A stretch of 64,000 bases of DNA, taken from contig CAUPEV010000003.1 of NCBI GenBank assembly GCA_963510335.1, positions 232 to 64,231 on the forward strand, written 5' to 3'. This DNA is from an uncultured Roseateles sp. (GTDB lineage: Bacteria; Pseudomonadota; Gammaproteobacteria; Burkholderiales; Burkholderiaceae_C). Below, in pieces: positions 30,487 through 41,739 of this stretch (within the stretch, counting starts at the first letter, position 1; each line of letters opens with the position of its first letter). The position numbers and the translations under genes are program-made. The notes beneath the pieces are model-generated. The model was not told where the DNA came from. It did no database searches and saw only the letters and a program-made list of their open reading frames with translations.

Positions 30487-31293
30487 TCAGAGCGAGAAGT
30501 CGTAATCCACCGTCAGCGGCGCATGGTCGCTGAATTTCTGCGCTTTATAGATTGAGGCACTCTTGGCCAAGGCTGCCAGCTTCGGGGTCGCAAAGTGATA
30601 GTCCAGCCGCCAGCCCACGTTCTTCGCATAGGCCTGGCCGCGGTTGCTCCACCATGTGTAGCACTCGTCGGTGGTGTCGGGGTGGAGTTGGCGGTAAACG
30701 TCGACCAAGCCACCTGGGCCTTGTGGGTCGCCGCTGCCAAACAGCTGGTCCAGCCAAGCGCGCTCCTCGGGCAGGAAGCCGGAGTTCTTGAGGTTGCCCT
30801 TCCAGTTCTTCAGGTCGGCTGGTTTGTGCGCGATGTTGACGTCGGCCACCAGGATGAACTCGCGCTGGGCCTTCAAAGCCTGCAAATGTGGTGCCATCGC
30901 GGCCAAAAAGCGGTATTTGGCTTCCTGCCGCTCTGGGCCACTGCTACCGCTGGGGAAGTAGCAGCTGATCAAGCTGAGCTTGCGGCCGGGCTTGTCGAAG
31001 CGCTTTTCGATATAGCGGCCTTCGAAGTCAAATTCTTCGACGCCAATGCCGGTGATGACCTCGCTGGGCTCTTCGCGGGTGTAAAGGCCCACACCCGAAT
31101 AACCCTTTTTCTGCGCGTAATGAAAGTGGCCTTTCAAATCGCCCGAGCTGCAAAAAGTGCCGGCCACATGCTCGTCTTGCGCTTTGACCTCTTGCACGCC
31201 CAGGGCGTCAGCCTTTTGCTCGGGCAGCCAATCGAAAAAACCCTTGGTGGCAGCAGAACGGATGCCGTTCAGATTGGCAGTGATGAAGCGCAT
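30487..31293 (-). CDS. xth: Exodeoxyribonuclease III
   Basis: NLNGIRSA, QEVK, GYSGV, DVNIAH, WRLDY, SDHAP; catalytic residues intact. Confidence 0.9.
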   Translation of the reverse strand: MRFITANLNGIRSAATKGFFDWLPEQKADALGVQEVKAQDEHVAGTFCSSGDLKGHFHYAQKKGYSGVGLYTREEPSEVITGIGVEEFDFEGRYIEKRFDKPGRKLSLISCYFPSGSSGPERQEAKYRFLAAMAPHLQALKAQREFILVADVNIAHKPADLKNWKGNLKNSGFLPEERAWLDQLFGSGDPQGPGGLVDVYRQLHPDTTDECYTWWSNRGQAYAKNVGWRLDYHFATPKLAALAKSASIYKAQKFSDHAPLTVDYDFSL

Positions 31294-31430
31294 GGTGAAA
31301 AAGGGCGAGTTTGGTGGCGGTGGCGCAGTATCGCAGGCGACTGGTCTAGATTGGTCTGCTGTGTTTTGACCACAAAACCCTAGGGCAAACCCTTTCGAGG
31401 TGACTTTCATCGGGTTGACTTGATAGATTC

Positions 31431-31457
31431 ACGTTTGCTCAAAGAGCAAACGTTTGC
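31431..31457. promoter_or_regulatory. LacI-family (RbsR/PurR-like) operator upstream of the TonB-dependent receptor
   Basis: Perfect palindrome GCAAACGTTTGC (31446-31457), preceded by an inverted half-site ACGTTTGCTC (31431-31440). Confidence 0.65.
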
Positions 31458-31585
31458 CGAACCCAGTTACCTGAACAAGTGATGCAGCGAACGCAGCTCG
31501 GATCTTTGTTGGAGCGTCCGCTCATGTTTTGGCCGCAGAGGCCCGAAAAGCTCGCCCTTTGAATCAACTCACCCGCAGGACACCT

Positions 31586-33886
31586 ATGAAAACCCTTCCC
31601 ATCAAACCCAGTCTGATCGCCCTGGCCCTGGCTGCCGCCTTCCCCATGCACGGCGCCTGGGCGCAGAGCGCTGATGCCGCGGCCACCGAAGCCAAGAAAG
31701 ACAGCACGACGCTCAATACCGTGATCGTCACCGGCAGCCGCCGGGCCGAGAACATCCGCGATGTGCCCATGTCAATCTCGGCCATCAAGGGCGAAGAGCT
31801 CGACGCCTACAACGCCAGCGGCCAAGACATTCGCGCACTCTCGGGCCGCGTGCCGAGCCTGAACATCGAATCGGATTTCGGCCGCACCTTCCCGCGTTTC
31901 TATATTCGCGGTCTGGGCAATACCGACTTCGACTTGAACGCCTCGCAGCCGGTCGGTCTGGTCTACGACGAAGTGGTGCAGGAAAGCCCGATGCTGAAGG
32001 GCTTCCCGGTCTTTGACGTCGAGCAGGTGGAAGTACTGCGCGGCCCGCAAGGCACGCTGTTCGGCCGCAACTCACCGGCTGGCGTGATGAAGTTTGACTC
32101 GGTCAAGCCGGGCAAGCGTTTTGAGGGTTATGTGAACACCGGTTTCGGTAACAACAGCGCCTTCAATCTCGAAGCTGCCGTCAATGCACCCTTGAGCGAA
32201 GATTGGGCCGTGCGGGCCGCCGTGCTGTTCCAGCGCGCCAGCGACCGCGTGCACAACCCCTTGCCCGGTGCAACCTCGGACCTGGAAGGCTACACCGACA
32301 AGGCCGCTCGCGTTCAGGCCGCTTACAAGAATGGCGGCTTTTATGCGCTGTTCAATGTGCGCGGCCGCGACTATGAAGGCAGCGCCACGACATTCCGCGC
32401 CAACGTCATCAAGCGCGGCACGAACGACCTGGTCGACGGCTTCGATGCCGGCACGTACCCGACCGACGGCTATAACGAGCAAACCCTCAGGTCCAGCGGC
32501 GTCAGCGCCCGCCTGCGTTGGGAGTTGACCGGCATGACGCTGCACTCGATCACCGCCTACGACACCGCCAAGTTCTACAGCCGCGGCGACGTGGACGGCG
32601 GTTTCGGCAGCCGCTTTGCCGGCATCCCTGATGGCCCGCGCTTCCCCGGCCAGCCTTCGGTGATCCCCTTCGACGCGCAGACCGCCGACGGCTTGCCCAA
32701 GCTGAAGCAAACCACCCAGGAGTTCCGCCTGCAGTCCAGCACCGCCGACGCGTTGCAATGGATCGGTGGCCTGTACTTCTTCAAGGAGAAGATGACGGTT
32801 GACAGCTTCAACTATGACTCCTTCTCGGCCGGCGACCCGCAGAACGGCTATGCCTACCAGCACCAGGATTCGACCTCCTGGGCCGCTTTTGGCAGCCTGA
32901 ACTACGCGGTCACCAACGACCTGAAGATTCGCGGTGGCCTGCGTTACACCAACGACAAGAAGGACTTTGACGCCGCACGTACGCAAACGCCGTTTGGCGG
33001 CGCTAACGCCGGCCCGTTCACGGCCAACCCGCGCTCGACCAACTGGAGCTGGGACCTGAGCGCCAACTACACGCTGAACAAGGACACTTCGTTGTTCACC
33101 CGTGTGGCCACCGGCTACCGCGCGCCGAGTATCCAGGGCCGGGTTTTGTTCGGCGACTCAATCTCGGTTGCTGACTCCGAAAAAGCCTTGTCCTTTGAGG
33201 CCGGCTTCAAGACCGATCTGCTCAACAAGACGGCTCGTATCAGCGGCACCGTGTTCAGCTACAAGGTCGATGACCTGCAGCTGACCGCCGGCAGCGGCAG
33301 CGTCAACCAGAACCGCTTGGTCAATGCCAATAAGGCGACCGGCCAAGGTTTCGAGTTGGACGCGCAAGCGATTCTGGCGCGTGACTGGCGCACCACGCTG
33401 GGCCTGAGCTACACCGACACCGAGATCAAGGATGACGCACTCTTCGTGGCGCCTTGCGGCAACGCGAACTTCCAGTTCCTGGAGGCCAACACCGGCTGTA
33501 ATGTGCTGAACAAGGCCGGCCCCGTGGCCGGCACGGTGCTGATCGGTGGCAACCCGCTGCCACGCGCGCCGAAGTGGATTGCCAACTGGACGCTGCGCTA
33601 CAGCACCGAGCTGGCCGGTGGCGACGTCTATGTCTTGACCGACTGGGCCTACAAGGACGAGTACAACATGTTCCTGTACAAGGCGACCGAGTACCGTGCC
33701 AAGTCCTCACTGGAAGGCGGCTTGCGCGTCGGCTATGGCTGGAACAACTCCAAGTACGAAGTCTCGGCCTATGTGCGCAATATGACCAACGAGCAGCAAG
33801 TCGTGGCCGCCATCGACTTCAACAACCTGACCGGCATCATCAACGAGCCACGCAGCTACGGTCTGCAGTTCAAGGCCAGCTTCTAA
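31586..33886 (+). CDS. TonB-dependent outer-membrane receptor
   Basis: Signal peptide, TonB box TVIVTG, plug motif VEVLRGPQGTLFGRN, terminal Phe. Confidence 0.93.
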   Translation: MKTLPIKPSLIALALAAAFPMHGAWAQSADAAATEAKKDSTTLNTVIVTGSRRAENIRDVPMSISAIKGEELDAYNASGQDIRALSGRVPSLNIESDFGRTFPRFYIRGLGNTDFDLNASQPVGLVYDEVVQESPMLKGFPVFDVEQVEVLRGPQGTLFGRNSPAGVMKFDSVKPGKRFEGYVNTGFGNNSAFNLEAAVNAPLSEDWAVRAAVLFQRASDRVHNPLPGATSDLEGYTDKAARVQAAYKNGGFYALFNVRGRDYEGSATTFRANVIKRGTNDLVDGFDAGTYPTDGYNEQTLRSSGVSARLRWELTGMTLHSITAYDTAKFYSRGDVDGGFGSRFAGIPDGPRFPGQPSVIPFDAQTADGLPKLKQTTQEFRLQSSTADALQWIGGLYFFKEKMTVDSFNYDSFSAGDPQNGYAYQHQDSTSWAAFGSLNYAVTNDLKIRGGLRYTNDKKDFDAARTQTPFGGANAGPFTANPRSTNWSWDLSANYTLNKDTSLFTRVATGYRAPSIQGRVLFGDSISVADSEKALSFEAGFKTDLLNKTARISGTVFSYKVDDLQLTAGSGSVNQNRLVNANKATGQGFELDAQAILARDWRTTLGLSYTDTEIKDDALFVAPCGNANFQFLEANTGCNVLNKAGPVAGTVLIGGNPLPRAPKWIANWTLRYSTELAGGDVYVLTDWAYKDEYNMFLYKATEYRAKSSLEGGLRVGYGWNNSKYEVSAYVRNMTNEQQVVAAIDFNNLTGIINEPRSYGLQFKASF

Positions 33887-33941
33887 GCTCGACGCCGCGC
33901 AGCAAGTCTGCGCCGAATTGAAGCAGCATCTTGGCACTCAG

Positions 33942-33976
33942 CGGCCCGAACTCCCTACGGAGCTCGGGCCGTTTTT
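33942..33976 (+). terminator. Rho-independent terminator after the TonB-dependent receptor
   Basis: CGGCCCGAACTCC-CTAC-GGAGCTCGGGCCG stem followed by TTTTT. Confidence 0.75.
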
Positions 33977-34017
33977 CTGGCCTCTACAATGAGCCGAGAA
34001 CAACCAGCTCTTCAGCC

Positions 34018-34695
34018 ATGACCGCAGCAAACGCACCCGATTCCCTGGCCCAGGACTTTGTCGCTTTCGCCGTCGACGCCGGGGTGCTGCGCTTCGGCGA
34101 ATTCAAGACCAAGGCCGGCCGCTTAAGCCCCTATTTCTTCAACGCTGGCTTGTTTGATGACGGCGCCAAACTGGGTCGACTGGCGCAGTTCTATGCCCAG
34201 CGCCTGATCGCCTCAGGCTTGCAGTTCGACATGATCTTCGGCCCCGCCTATAAAGGCATCACGCTGGCGGCGGCTTTGTCGATCGAGCTGGCGCGACTCG
34301 GCCACAACAAGCCATTCGCCTATAACCGCAAAGAAGCCAAGGACCATGGCGAGGGCGGCACCTTGGTCGGCGCTCCGGTGCAGGGCCGGGTGCTGATCAT
34401 CGATGACGTGATCTCCGCCGGCACCTCGGTGCGCGAATCGATCGCGATGATTCAAGCCGCCGGCGCCACCGCATGCGGTGTCAGTATCGCGCTCGACCGG
34501 CAAGAAAAAGCCGTTGAGAATGGCGTCGACAGCCCCAAGTCGGCGGTGCAATACGTGACCGAGCAGTTGAACTTGCCCGTCATCGCCATTGCCGGCCTGA
34601 GCGATCTATTGGAATTCTTGAAGACCACCAGCGACACGCGGGCGACCGCGCATGCCGGTGCGGTGCAGGCTTATCGGGATCGCTACGGGGTCTGA
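34018..34695 (+). CDS. pyrE: Orotate phosphoribosyltransferase
   Basis: FKTKAGRLSPYFFN, FGPAYKG, NRKEAKDHGEGG, IIDDVISAGTS. Confidence 0.96.
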   Translation: MTAANAPDSLAQDFVAFAVDAGVLRFGEFKTKAGRLSPYFFNAGLFDDGAKLGRLAQFYAQRLIASGLQFDMIFGPAYKGITLAAALSIELARLGHNKPFAYNRKEAKDHGEGGTLVGAPVQGRVLIIDDVISAGTSVRESIAMIQAAGATACGVSIALDRQEKAVENGVDSPKSAVQYVTEQLNLPVIAIAGLSDLLEFLKTTSDTRATAHAGAVQAYRDRYGV

Positions 34696-35396
34696 TGGGC
34701 AAACTCACCTATGTCGTGGCAGTTTGTGTGGCCGCGTTAGCACCGCAGTTGTCGCACGCGCAAGCGCCCGCAGCCAAGCCCAGCGCACAAGCCAAACCCG
34801 CCATCTATACCTGCACGACGGCCGATGGCCGGCGCCTCACTTCGGATCGGCCGATTGTCGATTGCAATTCGGTCGAACAGCGCGTCTTGAACGCCGATGG
34901 CTCATTGCGCTCGGTGCTACCGCCGGCAATGTCGCCCGAACAACGTGCCGCCCATGAGGCACAGGAACGCAAGTTGGCGGCCGAGCGTGTGGCTCAGGCC
35001 GATGCAATCCGGCGCGATCGCAATTTGATGCTGCGCTATCCGAACGAGACGGCCCACCAGCACGCCCGAGAAAGCTCGCTGGATGACGCCAACAAAGCCC
35101 GCCACATCTCCGAGCGTCGCGTCAAGGATCTGGCACTCGAGCGCAAGCCCATGCTGGATGAAGCCGAGTTCTACAAGGGCAAGCCCCTGCCGGCCAAACT
35201 CAAACAACAGCTTGATGCCAACGACGCTGCGGTCGAGGCGCAAAAGCAGCTGATCGAGAACCAGAAGGCGGAACTTGTGCGTATCAGCGGCCGCTATGAC
35301 CTTGAGCTGGCGCGCCTGAAGCGCTTGTGGGCCGGAGCCGCACCGGGCAGCTTGGGCAAGGGGCCGACAGATGCTGCGGCATCCGCGCCCCCTTGA
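34695..35396 (+). CDS. Secreted DUF4124-like protein
   Basis: Signal peptide, IYTCTTADGRRLTSDRP motif, coiled-coil C-terminal half. Confidence 0.7.
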   Translation: MGKLTYVVAVCVAALAPQLSHAQAPAAKPSAQAKPAIYTCTTADGRRLTSDRPIVDCNSVEQRVLNADGSLRSVLPPAMSPEQRAAHEAQERKLAAERVAQADAIRRDRNLMLRYPNETAHQHARESSLDDANKARHISERRVKDLALERKPMLDEAEFYKGKPLPAKLKQQLDANDAAVEAQKQLIENQKAELVRISGRYDLELARLKRLWAGAAPGSLGKGPTDAAASAPP

Positions 35397-35402
35397 AACA
35401 AC

Positions 35403-36857
35403 TCAGGTTTCGAGCTTTTTCTTCAGCAACTCATTCACCGCCGTCGGATTCGCCTTGCCCTTGGTGGCTTTCATCGCCTGACCGACCAGCGCATTGAAGG
35501 CCTTTTCCTTGCCGGCGCGGAACTCTTCCACCGACTTCGGATTGGCCGCCAGGACTTCGTCCAGGATGCGCTCCAACTCGGTGTTATCGCTCATCTGCTT
35601 CAGGCCCATGGATTCGATCAAGGCGTCCACGTTTTGCTCATCGCCGGTCCACAGCGCGTCAAACAATTGGCGCGCGCCATTGTTCGAAATGGTGCCGTCG
35701 CTGATGCGCGAGATCAGTTTCGCCAGCGTCGTCGCATTGACCGGGCTGCTGGAGAGCGGCCTGTCTTCGCTATTGAGCCGGCGTGCGAACTCGCCCATCA
35801 ACCAGTTCGCAACCAGTTTTGGCTGCCCGCAGGCCTTGGCTGCCGCCTCGAAGAAGGCGCCAAAGTCCTTGCTCTGCGTCATCATGGCCGCGTCATAGGC
35901 GGGCAGGCCGTAGTCGTTCTGGAAGCGCTTGGCCATAGGCTCGGGCAGCTCGGGCATCTCACCCCGAACCCGCTCAATCCATTCCTTGGAGATCAGCAGC
36001 GGCGGCAGGTCCGGGTCAGGGAAATAGCGGTAGTCGGCCGCGTCTTCCTTGCTGCGCATGGACCGCGTTTCGCCCGTATCGGGGTTGAACAGAATCGTGG
36101 CCTGCTGGATCGCGCGACCGTCTTCGATCTCGTCGATCTGCCAGTTCACCTCGTAGTCCACCGCCTGCAAGATGTAGCGGAAGCTGTTGAGGTTCTTGAT
36201 CTCGCGGCGCGTGCCGTAGGGCTCGCCGGGGCGGCGCACCGACACATTGACGTCGCAGCGGAACGAGCCTTCCTGCATATTGCCGTCGCAAATGCCCAGC
36301 CACATCACCAGCGCATGCAGGGTCTTGGCGTACTCGGCAGCTTCAGCCGCGCTGCGCATTTCGGGCTCGGAGACGATCTCCAGCAGTGGCGTGCCGGCGC
36401 GGTTCAGGTCGATGCCGGTCAAGCCGTGATAGTCCTCGTGCAAGCTCTTGCCGGCGTCTTCTTCGAGGTGGGCGCGGGTCAGGTTGACCACGTGCTTGAC
36501 GTCACCGACAAAGAACTCCAGCTTGCCGCCTTGCACGACCGGAATCTCGTACTGGCTGATCTGATAACCCTTGGGCAGATCGGGGTAGAAATAGTTCTTG
36601 CGCGCGAAGATCGACAGCGGCGCGACCTTGGCGCCGACGGCCAGGCCGAAGCGGATTGCCCGCTCGACCGCGCCACGGTTCAGCACCGGCAGCGTGCCGG
36701 GCAGGGCCAGGTCGACCGGCGAAGCCTGCGTGTTCGGCGCGGCGCCAAACGCGGTCGAGGAGCCGCTGAAAATCTTGGACTGGGTCGACAGCTGGACATG
36801 GTTCTCCAGGCCGATCACGACTTCGTAGCCACGAATAAGTTTGCTCGTACTGCTCAT
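35403..36857 (-). CDS. gatB: Asp/Glu-tRNA amidotransferase subunit B
   Basis: [36 protein letters not shown]. Confidence 0.97.
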   Translation of the reverse strand: MSSTSKLIRGYEVVIGLENHVQLSTQSKIFSGSSTAFGAAPNTQASPVDLALPGTLPVLNRGAVERAIRFGLAVGAKVAPLSIFARKNYFYPDLPKGYQISQYEIPVVQGGKLEFFVGDVKHVVNLTRAHLEEDAGKSLHEDYHGLTGIDLNRAGTPLLEIVSEPEMRSAAEAAEYAKTLHALVMWLGICDGNMQEGSFRCDVNVSVRRPGEPYGTRREIKNLNSFRYILQAVDYEVNWQIDEIEDGRAIQQATILFNPDTGETRSMRSKEDAADYRYFPDPDLPPLLISKEWIERVRGEMPELPEPMAKRFQNDYGLPAYDAAMMTQSKDFGAFFEAAAKACGQPKLVANWLMGEFARRLNSEDRPLSSSPVNATTLAKLISRISDGTISNNGARQLFDALWTGDEQNVDALIESMGLKQMSDNTELERILDEVLAANPKSVEEFRAGKEKAFNALVGQAMKATKGKANPTAVNELLKKKLET

Positions 36858-36859
36858 AT

Positions 36860-38361
<1,502 letters not shown>

Positions 38362-38362
<1 letters not shown>

Positions 38363-38664
38363 TATTCGATCACCTTGGGCACCAGGAACAGGCCGTCCTC
38401 GACGGCGGGCGCGCTGCGCTGATTCAGCTCACGCTGCTGATTGCTCTCGGTCACGACATCTTCGCGCAGGCGCAGGCTCACCTCTTGGACCGCAGACAGC
38501 GGCGTGTAGAGCGGCTCGACGCCGCTGGTGTCCACCGCGCTCATTTGCTCGACGATGGAAAAGAAACCATTGAGCTGGCTTAGCAATGCAGCGCTTTCGG
38601 CCTCTTGCAGTTCTAAGCGGGCCAAATTGGCAATGCGGCTTACGTCTTGTGGGGTCAGGGCCAT
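38362..38664 (-). CDS. gatC: Asp/Glu-tRNA amidotransferase subunit C
   Basis: [11 protein letters not shown]...VDTSGVEP...FLVPKVIE. Confidence 0.95.
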
Positions 38665-38920
38665 GGCAAACCAAACAGGGGTAGTGGCAAAAAACAAAGC
38701 CCCAAGTCTAGTAACAAAGGGCTCGCGCGGTACAGAAATAGAGGGCGATCAGTTATTATCTATGCTTATCTCCATGACAACGGGGCTGCGCAAGCTGAGT
38801 GGTGCTTTTGAGTGCCTTGAGGCTCAAGCAGCCTCGCTGCATATGGCGAAGCCAAGTTTTCCAGTCTCTACCTCCATCTTCAGGCCCAAGGGCCACCCGA
38901 TCAACGCTTGTCGAGCGTGA

Positions 38921-40024
<1,104 letters not shown>

Positions 40025-40037
40025 TGGTGTTGAAGCC

Positions 40038-40145
40038 TACTGCGCGAAGGACAGACGTCGTTGGGCGGTGCTCGGAATCCTCACGTGCCGCAAGCACGCT
40101 CCGGGTCCTGCGCTCCGGCCGTCTAGCCTGACCTCCGCTCGCTAC
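40038..40145. repeat. Palindromic element copy 2 (inverted relative to copy 1) in the mreB-mreC spacer
   Basis: Reverse complement aligns with 6279-6387 at about 88/109 positions by hand count; terminal repeats degenerate. Confidence 0.85.
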
Positions 40146-40189
40146 GGCCCGAGAGACCGTCACATTTCTCGATTCGTCCTTTGTGAGCC

Positions 40190-41164
40190 ATGTCCCTCGG
40201 CCCTTTTGATCGCGACACACCACCGTTCTTTCGTCAAGGCGCTTCGGCGCTGACGAAGCTGCTGCTGTGCGCGGCGCTGGCTTTGTTTTTGATGGTGGCA
40301 GATTCACGCTTCAAGCTGGCGGCGCCGGCCAGAGCGAGTTTGGCCTTGGCCTTGCATCCGCTGCAAAGCCTGCTGCTGGTACCCGTGGATGCCTGGGAAT
40401 CATTGCAAGACTATTTGCGCGGCACCGAGAGCGCCCGTGACGCCGAGAGCTTGGCTCGCCGCCAATTGGTGCAGCAGGCCGAGCGACTGAGTCGGGCCGA
40501 GCAATTGCAGGCCGAGAACCAGCGCCTGCGGGCCTTGCTGGAGCTGCGCCCGGCCGTGCAGGTCAGTTCGGTATCGGCCGAGGTCTTGTACGAAGCGAGC
40601 GACCCCTATTCGCGCCGCGTCGTCATAGATCGGGGCAGCCGTCAAGGCGTGCAGCCCGGCGCACCGGTCATCAATGACAAGGGCGTGCTGGGCCAGGTCA
40701 CGCGGGTTTACGGTCTGAGTGCCGAAGTCACGCTGTTGAACGACAAGGACGCAGCCATTCCGGTCTTGAACTCGCGCACCCAGCAGCGCAATGCGGCCTT
40801 CGGGCGCAGCGATGGCAATGGCATGGAGTTGCGCTTCCTGGCCGCCAATGCCGATGTCAAAGAGGGCGATATCCTGGTCACGTCTGGCCTTGATGGCGTC
40901 TATCCGCCGGGCCTGCCGGTGGCGCGCGTGGCCGTGGTCGAGCGGCGCGGCGACACCAGCTTTGCCAGTGTCAGCCTGCAGCCGATTGCGCAAGCCGATG
41001 CGGCCCGCCATGTGTTGGTGCTCAAGCCGCTGGCCTTGCATGAGGCGGCGCAGGCCGAGGCAGCAGCGGCGGCCGCTGCAGAAGCAGCTTCCGCGGCGGC
41101 CGGCAAAATTGCCCGCAAGGCTGCCTCCGCAGGGAATGCCCCGAAGGGAGGGCAAAAACAATGA
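40190..41164 (+). CDS. mreC: Rod shape-determining protein MreC
   Basis: ENQRLRALL, IDRGS, TSGLDGVYPPGLPV. Confidence 0.95.
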   Translation: MSLGPFDRDTPPFFRQGASALTKLLLCAALALFLMVADSRFKLAAPARASLALALHPLQSLLLVPVDAWESLQDYLRGTESARDAESLARRQLVQQAERLSRAEQLQAENQRLRALLELRPAVQVSSVSAEVLYEASDPYSRRVVIDRGSRQGVQPGAPVINDKGVLGQVTRVYGLSAEVTLLNDKDAAIPVLNSRTQQRNAAFGRSDGNGMELRFLAANADVKEGDILVTSGLDGVYPPGLPVARVAVVERRGDTSFASVSLQPIAQADAARHVLVLKPLALHEAAQAEAAAAAAAEAASAAAGKIARKAASAGNAPKGGQKQ

Positions 41165-41682
41165 TCATGCCGCGTGGTGCCGGGCAGCTGCTGCTGCCGG
41201 CCAATCCCCTCTTCATCGGCCTGAGCCTGATCTTGGCGCTGCTGTTCGATATGGTGCCCGTCGGGCGCAGCCCGGCCATGCCGGACCTGCTCGCCGTCGT
41301 GCTGGTGTTCTGGGGCGTGCATCAGCCGCGCCGCATAGGCGTGACCTGGGCTTTTGCCTTTGGTTTGCTGATCGATGTGCACCACGGTGCCTTGCTGGGC
41401 CAGCATGCCTTGGCTTACAGCTTGCTCAGCTATGGCGCGGTCAGCCTGCATCGGCGACTGCAAGGCTTCAGCCTGCTCACGCAAGCTCTGCATGTGCTGC
41501 CCTTGTTCGCAGCGGCCCATGCCGTGTCGCTCTTGGTGCGCATGGCGGTAGGCGGCATGTGGCCGGGTTGGAGCTTGGGCCTGGCGCCCTTGTTCGAGGC
41601 CCTGCTGTGGCCGCTGGCCACCGTTGTGCTGTTGGCGCCGCAGCGGCGTGCGCCGGATCGCGATGCCAACCGGCCGCTGTGA
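41161..41682 (+). CDS. mreD: Rod shape-determining protein MreD
   Basis: Hydrophobic; PD...FW...P, AFAFGLLID, LLGQHAL. Confidence 0.93.
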   Translation: MIMPRGAGQLLLPANPLFIGLSLILALLFDMVPVGRSPAMPDLLAVVLVFWGVHQPRRIGVTWAFAFGLLIDVHHGALLGQHALAYSLLSYGAVSLHRRLQGFSLLTQALHVLPLFAAAHAVSLLVRMAVGGMWPGWSLGLAPLFEALLWPLATVVLLAPQRRAPDRDANRPL

Positions 41683-41739
41683 ATGTGCCGCTGTGACTCG
41701 CGCTTGCCCCTTGATCAGCTTGCCTGAACGGCCACTCAG

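Noticed and set aside
30487-31293. Possible Crc (catabolite repression control) given proximity to pyrE
   Set aside because: Retains the nuclease residues (QE, DVN, SDH) typical of active ExoIII.
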